The notes beneath the pieces were generated by a model that saw only the letters and a program-made list of their open reading frames with translations, did no database searches and was not told the DNA's origin. Below, piece after piece: positions 26,501 through 36,556 of a stretch of DNA of 64,000 bases; the first letter of the stretch is position 1, and the number at the start of each line of letters is the position of its first letter. The position numbers were made by a program, and so were the translations under genes. Source of the DNA: Phoronis australis. Taxonomy: Eukaryota > Animalia > Phoronida. The DNA lies in NCBI GenBank assembly GCA_002633005.1, contig NMRA01000873.1, positions 48,192-112,191 of the forward strand, in the 5' to 3' direction.

Positions 26501-29500
26501 TCATTGAAGATCTGTAAACACTCTTCATATGTATCACCCTCTGTGGTATCACCGTCGAGCAATGGGTGACTATCTTCAGTCCCATCATCATCGTCACTAT
26601 CACTGAGGTTGATGACGCTGACTGGCGATGCACTCCGCTTTCTGTGCCTCAATTGTGGCTTCCGCTTTGGTTTCGAACTTTCATCTCCCGAAGACACTAG
26701 CACGATGGAATCCGAGTCACTGTCTTCGCCAAACAAGGAGTTAAATACCAAAGAATCCTTTCGCTCGGAAAACGGTAGCGATCCACTCTTCTCTTTGTGT
26801 TCGTGATAAACACTAGAGGGGGAGCTGCGCATCAGCTTGAGGCGAGGGTGCATAGGTGTTCGTAGTAAATCAGCATTTTCGGACTTGATAGATTCGCTGA
26901 AAATATTTTCATTGGCCAGACTGTTATGATTTCCTGAACAGCGTTCCTTGAAACTCACTAATTTGCTACGCCTCACTCTCTCCGATGTTGGCATTTTTTC
27001 GGGATTGGATGAACTTTCTGATGAAAAATCAACATCGTTGTTCTTGCACGAGCTCAATTTTTCACAATAGGAGGATGCTGTTTTCACAGGGACACCACAA
27101 TGCACATCCGGCAGTTCGTCACTACTGTCACTATTGTCCATGCGGTTCACAACCTCTACATAACCCATATTTCCACTCCGAGCTTCACTTTCATTCCTCC
27201 TTACTTCTGGCATTGACCTCTTTTCCGCTGACTTCGACTCACTGGACCGTTGCCGTCCAGGCGGCGAACTGGAACCAGACTTTTTCTCCTTTTTGATCGA
27301 TTGCACTTTGTCATTTACTGTTTTTGCGTTTGGCTGATTTGCACTTTTTGTTGACTTGACCTCCACAGACTTGACGTCTGCATTGCACCTGCCATGTGTT
27401 TTGGATACGCTGCTTCCAGTGTGTTCATTAGAATTCAACTCATTTCTTGACCTACTCTTTGAAGATGTTGAGCTATGCTTCTTGTTTTTGGTTGATTCTA
27501 CATCATCCTTTGAAATCGAATCATTTTTCATTAGCTTAACATCTGAAGACCTTGAGCTGGAACTATGTTTTTTCTCTCGTCTGTGTGAAGCTACTTTGTC
27601 GACTGTCTTTGACTTTTCTAATTCTTTGGAATATAATTCATTTTCTGTTAACTTACTCACTGAATCTTTCGCACCGGAACTATGTTTTTTAGTTCTTAAC
27701 AATTCCACTTTGTCCACAGCTTTTGAATTTTTTTCCAATTCTTTGGAATATGACTTATTTTTTGTTGATGTGTTCTGAGAAGATGTCGAACTGCAACTAT
27801 CGTGTTTCTCTCTTCTTGACAATTCTTTTTTATCCAAAGCCTTTGACGTTTCCAATTCTTTTGAATGCAACTTATTTTTTGTCAACTTGTCCTCTGAACA
27901 ATTTGAACTGGAGCTGTGTCTATGTTCTTTTTTCGGTAACTCTCTATCACTTTTCCAGGAAGACTTACGATCTGAATTCAACTTGGTCCCTGCAGAAGTT
28001 GAATGAGAATGATGGTCAGGCTTTTTTTTCAGTAACTCCTTGTCAGTTTTGGAGGAAGAGTTGTGATTTGAACGCTTTTTGTCCTTCTCACTGTTAGCCT
28101 TTATTCCACTTGAAACTTTGTGCTCAGTTATGAATGTAGACTTCACTGACTCAGAATTAGGGGGATGCTTGGCGTGTTTTTCATCAGTGGGGGGTACAGA
28201 CTTTGCCTTGGAGGAGTGACTGCTCGGAGAATGAGTTTTTGTGCCTGTTTTCTCACCAGACAAAGCCAATGGCTTTGATTTACTATTAGAACAGTCTGGA
28301 GATTTTTTAAGGTTATTTTCATGGGACTTAGAATCAGATTTGCTTCCGGATGCATTGTTGCTACAGACACTTTTTGAAGATTTTTCCTTGGTTGACATTG
28401 ACTTCCATTGTCCAAATGCTGTTGAATCTGGACTAGACAGAATTTTGTCAAGTGAAGGAGATTCCTCCAGAAGAGTATGTGAATTTTTCACCTCACTCAA
28501 GTTTTTTACTGGCGCACTATTAGCCAAAGACTCCTCAACAACAGGCATTGTACAGTCATTTAATTCAGTTTGAGAAGGAATATTGATTTGCTTTTCTTTG
28601 CTACTGCACTCTGTTACAAGTCCCTTGGAAACATCATCATTACAAGACTCTGTAGACTGAGCTTGGTCATCATCAGAATCACTAAACTTGGCTTCTGTCG
28701 TCATGGCAATAAGTTTCCACATGGCATCGTCCCGAGGCTCCTTTTTGTCCTTCCCGTGATCCGCTCGAGTTGTCACTTCATTCTTTTCACTAAAGCTCGT
28801 CTGAGGGTTATACTCATCATGGATTTTGTTGTCCACCAAACTCTCAGGCTTTTCAGGACTGAGTTGGCTAATCGGCGTCGGTCTATACACACAAGACGAC
28901 ACTGCCCCCGTTTGGTTGTCAGGGGTGTCATTTCCGGATATATCTGACAATGGTTTAACTTTGGAAAGCTCAGAAATTTTAGTGGGAATATACACAGGTT
29001 GACTTGCTTGGCCTTTCTCAACAACACCGACTTCTTTGGTCTTAGTTTCAACTGCCTTCACGATGGGAGACGGCGTGTACAAAGGTTTTTCAGTTGCTTT
29101 GGCCAGCGGTGAACCCTTATTCAGCTCTGCTTCAAGTTTACCAGAGTTGAGCATTTCTTGACCCTGTTTAGATACATCTGAACATGTAGCTGCGTCAGCA
29201 AAACCGCCAGTACTATTAAACTTTTCCTTTGATCGATCAATTTTTGTCGGGATGTATACAGGTGTAGCGCAAGCTATAGGACTTTTGAGGACTACCCTTT
29301 GTGGACTGTAGGCTTCAATGGCAACTGGTTTTTTCCTTTCGGAGATCCTACTGGGCCGATACGGGCACGAGGCGTCAATCTGCCTCTCTCCATGTGAACG
29401 GTGCCCATATTTGTGCGGACGAGTAGACCCCCTACCGCCAACATCTCGATGTACCTGAAATGAGAAAGACAGACTTTTTACAGCGACAGACAGAATGCAA

Positions 29501-31948
29501 AATATCGTCAACAAACAAGCTTTTATTCCAAGTCAGTCCCCACAAATTACTTGAAGGTTACATATTTTTCAGATCTTTGGAGACTGACCTTTAAGAAAAT
29601 GTAATGTCTTGGAGTCAGTCTTGGACACAACTTGAACTGTCAAAATGGAAAATGAAGCAAAGTGCTTGATGTTTCTTGAGCAACAATTTGATGAGTAATA
29701 TAGATGTCCAATAAAGCACCAAACTAAAAATTAAGTGCCTAAAAAGACTTCAATGCGTTCACTTATAGAATGACTTCCAAGTTATTTGTAATCAACTTCA
29801 TGCTACTTTAATTTGTAATTTTTCACACACAGATATTTTATGTAATGTCTGATATCAGTTTAAAGCAAAGTTTTTGTTTAAGCAGACAATTGCATGTTGA
29901 ACAATAAGCTATCACAAATGACAATCCTTGATACCAAACAGCAAAAATTAATTTTAGCATCAAGCATTGTTAAAAGGTATTTCAGCCAACAGATGAGTGC
30001 TTTCTTGACAAGAGTCGAATTTCGCTCCGTTTTGCCTAATAGAAATGAAACTCAAATTAGGTCTTTTACTGTCATAAAATTGGTCTCATAATATTGTTTA
30101 CCTTGAAAGGATTCTGTTTCCCTCACCACAGGCAATGGGTACATGTGCCCATTTTTGAATTTTTGAATTTTTGAATTTGCAATTTAGGTGGTTGGACAAC
30201 CCCACGAAGTTTTGAGTCCTTTTCTTGAGCCAATGATGGTTTTGAGGTTCTTGTTGGTAATAGAATCCTATCATGGTAAGGAATCCCATGAGATCAATTT
30301 TATGAGAGTAAAAGAACAAATTTGATTTTTTGCATTTTTTGATCTACTAAACAGGGTGAAACCCAGATTTTGAAGAAGATATTAGCATTCTCAACTGCTT
30401 TTTTCATTGTCTGTTGGAATTCTATGAGATCGGTTTTTGTTTTAAGTCAACTATACAGGGTAAAATGCAGATTTGAGTAGTGCAATGAAACCAAACTGCC
30501 CTTTGTGTTTTTTCATACTTTTTACTATAATTTTGCAACACCACAAGTATACTAATATGCTGCAAGTAGCCAAAACTAATGTTTTGTGGTTACCTGTTTT
30601 ATTGCACGGCCCACTGCATTCAACAGAGAATGACTTCCTGGGGCTGGCTTGGTTCCTCTATTACTGCTGCTGTATGACTGGATGGGCTTCACACTGACAG
30701 AACGGGGGTCTAAAAAGAAATAGAAATACACACATAGAGTTTACACACTCTCCTTACTTCCACACATGAACCAAAGCTCCAAGATACTAATGTAAGCTCA
30801 TAGGCGGATTTAGGGGGGGCCCAGGGGGGCCCGGCCCCCCCCCCCTTGGCTGGCGCAAAAAAACTAAAACAGCAAGAGCGTAAGGAAATGTTGAGTTTAT
30901 TAATTAACCCGGTAGTTAAAATTATACGGCTGAAACAAGATTTAAATGTGTGATATCTCAGGCGACCGGCAGTGGCGCTGGGCACTACGACTCCGTTTCT
31001 GTCGTCTGCTCCACGGTGCAATGAAGAAAATAACTTCATTTTTAAAGAAACTGGAATCTGAGTAATGGTGAAAAAACAGAAGCTGCTGGTAAGATGTCAA
31101 TTTTAATCGAAGCTTTAGTGAATCACTCAGAAACTCATAATTCTCTCTTTGACAACCTTAACTTAAGACGATTTCCAAAGCAATCGCGTCATTAATGCCA
31201 ACACAAAAAATGCATTTGGTCTTTTGGGCAATTGAAGACTATTTTAAATACAACAAATTTGTTACGAACTGATTGCACAAAATATAAAACATGCAATAAG
31301 CATTACAAAAAGGAGTTTTCAAGTGCAAATGCTGTGAACCATAAATAAGTAGGTCTCATAGTCTCAAATTAGGAGCTGGTTGACTTTTTTTCTTTTTTTT
31401 TTGCCTTTTTTGAAAAATACTTCGGGAATCAAGGAAAATGCTCGATTTTTAGAGGAAAAAACAGAAAATTTTCCTGGGCGAGAGGGGGGCACTCGACCTC
31501 CCCCCATTCGGTGCTATGCACATCTACAATCGTGCTTGGAGCAAATGCTTACAGACAAAATGTTGGGCCCCCGCCTTGTGATATCCTAGATCTGCCACTG
31601 GCACCACGTTTCTGATCAAGCAGCACACAGTGTCGCAGTATAATAAATGCCATGGCATAAAACATGAATGCAGTTTTTGCCAAGAAATTGACACTCCGAC
31701 TTCTTGTTCACACAACACACATACATACACACATCCAACACTTAGCCTCTCGGAGTTCACCAAGTCGGACAACTCTCAAATCAAATTTTTGACTTTTGTC
31801 ACAACGAAGTCACGTTTTCTGTTCAGTACTCACCCTCTCGCTTCACTTCAGGTTTCGCGTGTCGGAAATGGCAGTATGGCCGTTCGCATAAGCCATTGGC
31901 ATAATATGGACATATTGAGCCCTTAAGGAAACCAGTTGAGGTGAACAT
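11553..31948 (-). CDS. REXO1: RNA exonuclease 1 homolog (DEDDh 3'-5' exonuclease), 17 coding exons, ~1618 aa
   Basis: Exons in minus-strand order, all GT-AG and phase-consistent: 31834-31948, 30594-30709, 26446-29454, 25974-26066, 24982-25092, 23464-23577, 22680-22814, 21484-21607, 19688-19810, 19188-19328, 17908-18021, 17503-17576, 15852-15965, 15227-15342, 13437-13575, 12901-13021, 11553-11650. N-terminus [28 protein letters not shown]. Middle domain [28 protein letters not shown]. Cys/His domain CVRC..C.HHWG..YTCC..GC. ExoI AMDCEM, Exo[10 protein letters not shown], Exo[11 protein letters not shown]. Confidence 0.95.
11836..11981. mobile_element. Short GC-rich MITE (CAGTGGCGGAT...ATCCACCACTG; hAT-like ends) in the last REXO1 intron
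   Basis: Terminal inverted repeats cagtggcggat / atccaccactg with subterminal G and C runs. Related ends at 30799-31600 and ~5000-5030. No clear TSD. Confidence 0.6.
11997..12486. mobile_element. Possible non-autonomous TTAA-type (Kolobok-like) element
   Basis: ttaaggttacataggacc at left versus gtcccagactacctcaa at right (imperfect inverted match). Confidence 0.3.
13856..14109. mobile_element. 254-bp DIRS-like (tyrosine-recombinase retroelement) terminal hairpin or mini-element
   Basis: Perfect 86-bp inverted repeat 13856-13941 / 14024-14109 (aaattatacagttagacgaacttacc... / ...ggtaagttcgtctaactgtataattt). The CTTACC/GGTAAG termini with a self-complementary extension resemble DIRS1 ICR/right-ITR ends. 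Confidence 0.55.
14111..14415. repeat. Near-identical second copy of ~13554-13860, probably the alternative haplotype joined at an N
   Basis: Starts right after the n at 14110. Differs from the first copy by 2 substitutions and one AAAT unit, and lacks the hairpin insertion. Confidence 0.8.
16872..16936. repeat. (GAT)n microsatellite
   Basis: tgatgatgacgacaacgatgatgatgataatgatgatg... in a REXO1 intron. Confidence 0.9.
21215..21392 (+). mobile_element. tRNA-derived SINE family copy (related copies at ~1850-1965 and ~50605-50820 in reverse orientation)
   Basis: B-box-like gggatcaaatccc followed by the body cccttgactcaggtctctagctactcagctcgg...ttcaggtg...tgcacatctgg, shared with the two reverse copies. 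Confidence 0.5.
22613..22672. repeat. (CAA/CAG)n microsatellite next to a REXO1 splice donor
   Basis: aacaacaacagcaacaacaacaactacagcaacaacaac... Confidence 0.9.
23940..24350 (-). mobile_element. Possible decayed LINE ORF1 fragment
   Basis: Minus strand reads [10 protein letters not shown], resembling the NxxIxGxPE motif of LINE ORF1, followed by broken sequence. Weak evidence. Confidence 0.25.
30799..31600. mobile_element. ~800-bp non-autonomous TIR element (hAT-like ends) in REXO1 intron 1
   Basis: cataggcggatttaggggggg... at left; ...gggcccccgcc...ctagatctgccactg at right. Same end family as 11836-11981. Confidence 0.55.
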
Positions 31949-32379
31949 GCTTTCCTTTTACCAAATTTAAGGTGGCAACGGAGGAGTTGTTCAAAAGACA
32001 ACTTACTCCAACGACTCACTCACTTGTCAATTTTCGGTAATGCTGTTATGTAAATTATGATTTTGTTATAATGTTATGAAAATAAAATTTTCAAATTAAT
32101 GTTGCTCAAAGCACAAATAAATCGATTAAAAAATAACAAAACTATTACAAATCTCGAAAAAATAGCTTTAAAAAGTCACTAAAAATATTTAAAAATCTGC
32201 AAAATATGCAATGGTACGGAAGTGCTTTACAAGACGTTTCATGTACCCACAGTTCTTTGCGGGCAGGACAGGCTGTGCAGTGAACTGTTTTGGTTTGTAA
32301 ATTTCTTGGAAATGACTTGGTAATGCTAACCTTTCCTAATGTCGTGTTATCACATTCATAGATTTACCAAATAACGGAG
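31949..32379. promoter_or_regulatory. Putative bidirectional promoter for REXO1 and TUT4/7, including a probable non-coding first exon of TUT4/7
   Basis: REXO1 ATG at 31948 (-). AT-rich spacer. ETS-type CGGAAGTG at 32217-32224. Plus-strand donor ggag|gtacgt at 32379/32380. The TUT ATG lies 2 nt after an acceptor, which implies an upstream non-coding exon. Confidence 0.5.
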
Positions 32380-32454
32380 GTACGTAAATTGGGATCATTG
32401 TTAGATTAATTGTTTTCTAACCAGAAACACCCGGAGTGGCTGAGACCTTCGGCC

Positions 32455-33192
32455 TGGGTAGCCAGCCAGCTAGCTGTATGAAGACTGTCCTCAAAATACA
32501 GCTAGGTCCCACTGCGTGTATTTCTTCCGTAGACCCCGAAATTGCACACAGCCAGGGTAGTTCTGTTCGTCACGGCGCAGTGAAACCTGAATCAACATGT
32601 AAAGCTAAAGACCGGACGGTGTGCATGCAAAATCTGGGACTCAACCGACACTCACCTTGCCCGTTACAGCCGTTTAAGTGAAAAACAATGCAATAAACGT
32701 CATTTTCTTGCGTAACTCTAACAATGAAAAGTATGTCGTCGTTTCGAAAACAATACGCTCGTGTCACGCGCCATTTCCTAAATTTTCGCGACAACTTCGG
32801 AGAAGCAAAATTTGTTCTGAAATTCGGTTTTTCGGTATCGGAATTCTAAACAATTATAATGAAGTGAAACCAATTCCAACAATTTGTTGTGACGTGTACG
32901 CAAGATCGTGAAAGAACAGCAGTTGATTGAAGAATCGCCGAAAAAAGAAACTGGCCAATAGGTGACGCAATATTTCATGGCGCCGAAAGCCGTTGCTAAA
33001 GATCGCTCCACAACTTTAGCATGAGAATAACTGTAGAACGCCATTTTTTCCAACACTGTTAAATAATTTTGTTTACTCAAGGAAGACTAGTTTTTAATGA
33101 CACTAATTTTGTGTCAGATTTTATCTTACCACTTTTTTACCCACACCAGTGAAAAGCTGTATATTTATATAAATATACAGCTTTGCACCAAG
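32455..33192. repeat. Diverged ~730-bp direct repeat, copy 1
   Basis: tagccagccagctagctgtatgaag ... gcaatatttcatggcgcc ... cagctttgcaccaag; colinear with 34314-35027. Confidence 0.8.
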
Positions 33193-33239
33193 GATACGGC
33201 GTGGGAAACCTGGAACGTCCATGGCCATGCCACTGATGA

Positions 33240-33985
33240 GGGCATGAATGATCTAGACAGTGACCACCAACTCTAGAACTACAGACGGTGAAGCCCCTTT
33301 AGGCACTTCATATGCCATAAGCTTTTCGGTGAATTATGCGTCACACTGAAAAGTCAAAGCCGCATTGTTGAATCTCTTTGCGTGTGGGACACCTTGTCCT
33401 TAGCTTACAAGGTGGTCGATGTCTTTAATTCCTTTCAACTCGAACAAATACTCCCATTATCAAATTTTTTCTTCGATCAGGCCTTCATTCAATTCCCAAA
33501 ATCAGAAACTGGCCTTTTTAACACTGTGAGCAGCAGGTAATAAGACGTCATATCCCCTGGCGTACGATGTGTAAAAATGCATGGCCATTTTCCGATTTTG
33601 GGAACTGAACAAAGGACTGCTCGAAAAAAGTTTGTTAACAAGCGTGCGTCCAGTAATGCTTTGGACCTACGCTAGGACTTAGCTAAAATCTAGCCAAAGT
33701 CATGTGTTCTCATTTAAAATACACAACAATATCTCGAGTAATATCGTGAAGTCTTGCTTTTTAGCGAGGTCCTAGTGCGTTACTGAATGGAGGGCAAGAG
33801 TATTTTTTTGAGTTGGAAGAAATTAAAGACATCGACGGCCTCTTAAGGTGTCGCTCTCTATGTGCAAAAGGTACTTATAACAATCTGACATTGATGTTTT
33901 AATCAGTGTGAGGCATAATTCGCCAAAAAGCTTCCGTCTCTACTGGCCAGCCAGAGACGGTAGTCACTGTCTATGATCATGTATG
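33240..33985. mobile_element. Foldback/MITE-like long imperfect inverted repeat
   Basis: gtcgatgtctttaattcctttcaactcgaacaaatactc (33415-33453) vs gagtatttttttgagttggaagaaattaaagacatcgac (33798-33836). Also aattcccaaaatcagaaactggcc vs ggccattttccgattttgggaact, and tagacagtgac vs gtcactgtcta. Confidence 0.6.
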
Positions 33986-34313
33986 GTATTGCCGTATAGA
34001 CGTTTGAATCTCAGCTCCCTTTCCACCTGTTTAGCTCAAGTTTATAAACAAAAAATAAATTATAAATTTTACTCTTATTGACCTCATATTGGTCCTACGG
34101 TAACGTGATTGGTTGACATGATTTCATTAATGGCCGAGATTACCCAACGTGGGAGTCGAACCAGCGACCCCCATAAAACAGATAAGCGTGTTAACCATTT
34201 AGCTAGTAGGCAATTGCCCTTTAGCGAGTGGCTAACATAGGTTCATTTGATTCACCGGAAGCACATCTACACCATTTTCGTGGTCAACTCAAGTTGCAGG
34301 GAATGGCACAATG

Positions 34314-35027
34314 CTAGCCAGCCAGCTAGCTGTATGAAGGTTATTGTCAAATATAGCTTAGTGCCCCTGTGTGTTGAGCTCCATTAGACCCTGAAATTTC
34401 ACACAGACTTGGCAGTTCTGCTTGTCGAAACTCGTATTAGCATGTAGAGCTAACCACTGCCAGGGTTGCACAAACTCTGGGAGTCAACCAACACTTACCT
34501 TGTTCATTACAGCCGTTCAAGTGAAAAACAATCTAATAAATGTCATTTTCTTGCACAATTGTCTGCCTTTTATAACAAAGAAAAGTCTGTTGTTGTTTTG
34601 AAAACAGTATGCTCGTGACACGCGCACACGCCATTTCCTAAAATTTTGCGACATCTGTCGGGGAAATGATGACCGCTTGGTAGCAGCTAAATTTTTCTCT
34701 AAAATTTAATTTGCTGTTATTGAAATACTAAAAACTTGAAATGAAATGAAACCAGTTTCAATAATTTGTTGATTGAAGAATCGGCAAAAACAGAAACTAG
34801 CCAATAGGTGATGCAATATTTCATGGCGCCATAAGCCGATGCAGAAGACCGCTCCATAACTTCAGCCGTGGAATAACGGTAGAACGCCAATTTTTCCAAC
34901 ACCGTTAATAATTAAGTTTATTCAAGGAAGAGTGTGGTTTTAATGACAATAATTTTGTGTCATTTTTTCTAAAGGTCGGTATTTTACCCACATCACCGCA
35001 AAGCTATATATGCAGCTTTGCACCAAG
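34314..35027. repeat. Diverged ~715-bp direct repeat, copy 2
   Basis: Colinear with 32455-33192. The ORF track shows matching peptides (LEKMAFYSYS.. vs LEKLAFYRYS..). Confidence 0.8.
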
Positions 35028-35100
35028 ACTATCATAAGGGGTACTACAGCTACGTACATCCTCCATTTTCGAATTCACAATTTAGCTGTTTATGGTTGGA

Positions 35101-35516
35101 CTGCTGTGCGTGAACTTGGAATCCTGCTTAATCTCAAGATCACTTGTGGATGAACTTAGAATTGAATATTCATCAAGACAGTCAGGTGAAATTTTTTATT
35201 CGTAAAAACTTTTTACAGTTAGTGGCCTCGCGATCACTCATTCCCCCTGTTACCAGAACTTGTGTCACAGAATTGAAGGAAAATGTGAATAGTTAAATTC
35301 AATTTTTTGTTTGGTGAATAATGTCGCCAATGGTTGAAAAGAGGTTGGTTACAATTTTCATTGTTTTGTTAACATGTAATTTGCTTTAATGCAGTGCAAA
35401 ATTTCATCAACTTTAACGTGATTATTTGATTGAACTTTCCAAGTCTTATGGTTTATTCCAAGTTCACGCATACACGATCTTGAGATTAAGCAGGATTCCA
35501 AGTTCATGCACGACAG
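35101..35516. mobile_element. MITE with ~40-bp TIRs
   Basis: tgcgtgaacttggaatcctgcttaatctcaagatc vs gatcttgagattaagcaggattccaagttcatgca. Confidence 0.7.
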
Positions 35517-36556
35517 GACAACCCCTAAATATTGTAATTAACTCTAAGATGTGTAATGAACCATTTATAATTTTGATGTCCTTATTTATTTAGTAGTTTG
35601 TAATAGTAGAAGCATGAACTGTTATCACAACAGTTCTACACATGAAAAAGAAGTTGTAACTCGACTTTCAGTTTGTATCCAGCCAAGCAGGACAGATCAC
35701 TTTCAGTTTCACTTTGACGCTTTTACTCCCAATTCACTGTGTAATATGACCTAAACACCAAGCTGTGTATGACTGAATATCGAAACATTGCTTGGAATCG
35801 ATTTTGATAAAGTAAAAAGTTAGAAATTAAAGCTGCCATATTTGTCGATCTTGTTTTATTTCATGCTCATAGTTGAGAATTGTGAGGTGGCTGACGTTAT
35901 CAATTTTATACCAACTGATAAGTGAGAACATAAACTGGTGTAATGTACCAGTATGAGTAAATAAAAGCGTAGACCTGTACAAGGGGCATGAAAGTGCAAT
36001 GTGTTGGGCTGAATGTGTTGACTGTTTGTCTGTTATCCTGGAAAATTGCGTTGGCTCTAGCTTCACAGACAGCACTGGGGGAGTTCAGGATTTTGGGGAT
36101 TGCATTTTGTCTATTGCATACCCCACAGTCTTAATACTTGTCTTGCTCGGGACTGGAATAAAACTTACAACATTTCTGTCAACAACAAACAAAGCAACCA
36201 TTTCACTTTTATTGTACATATAATCCATTTGATCTTGGAACAAGTGATTGATATCATTCTTTACCTACAGTGGTCACTCAGACTTTTCCATTAGCAAGAA
36301 AGAGATAATGTGCTGCTTTCAAATTTTCCAATGGATATAATTATTATTGTTTTAACTGACAAGTGCACCCAATAAAGATCTTGTAGGCTCTCAAGCATGG
36401 CTTCTCTATTATCTGTATTTTAGGGTTGATCTAATCAATTCGATATCGTCATAGTACAACCTGTGGGTTGCATCTTGTCCTTGTAATGGGTTTCTTATAC
36501 CTTGATGAATTTCTCAGGTTGTCTGTTTCTGACCATTCTTTTGTCTACTTTCAGTC

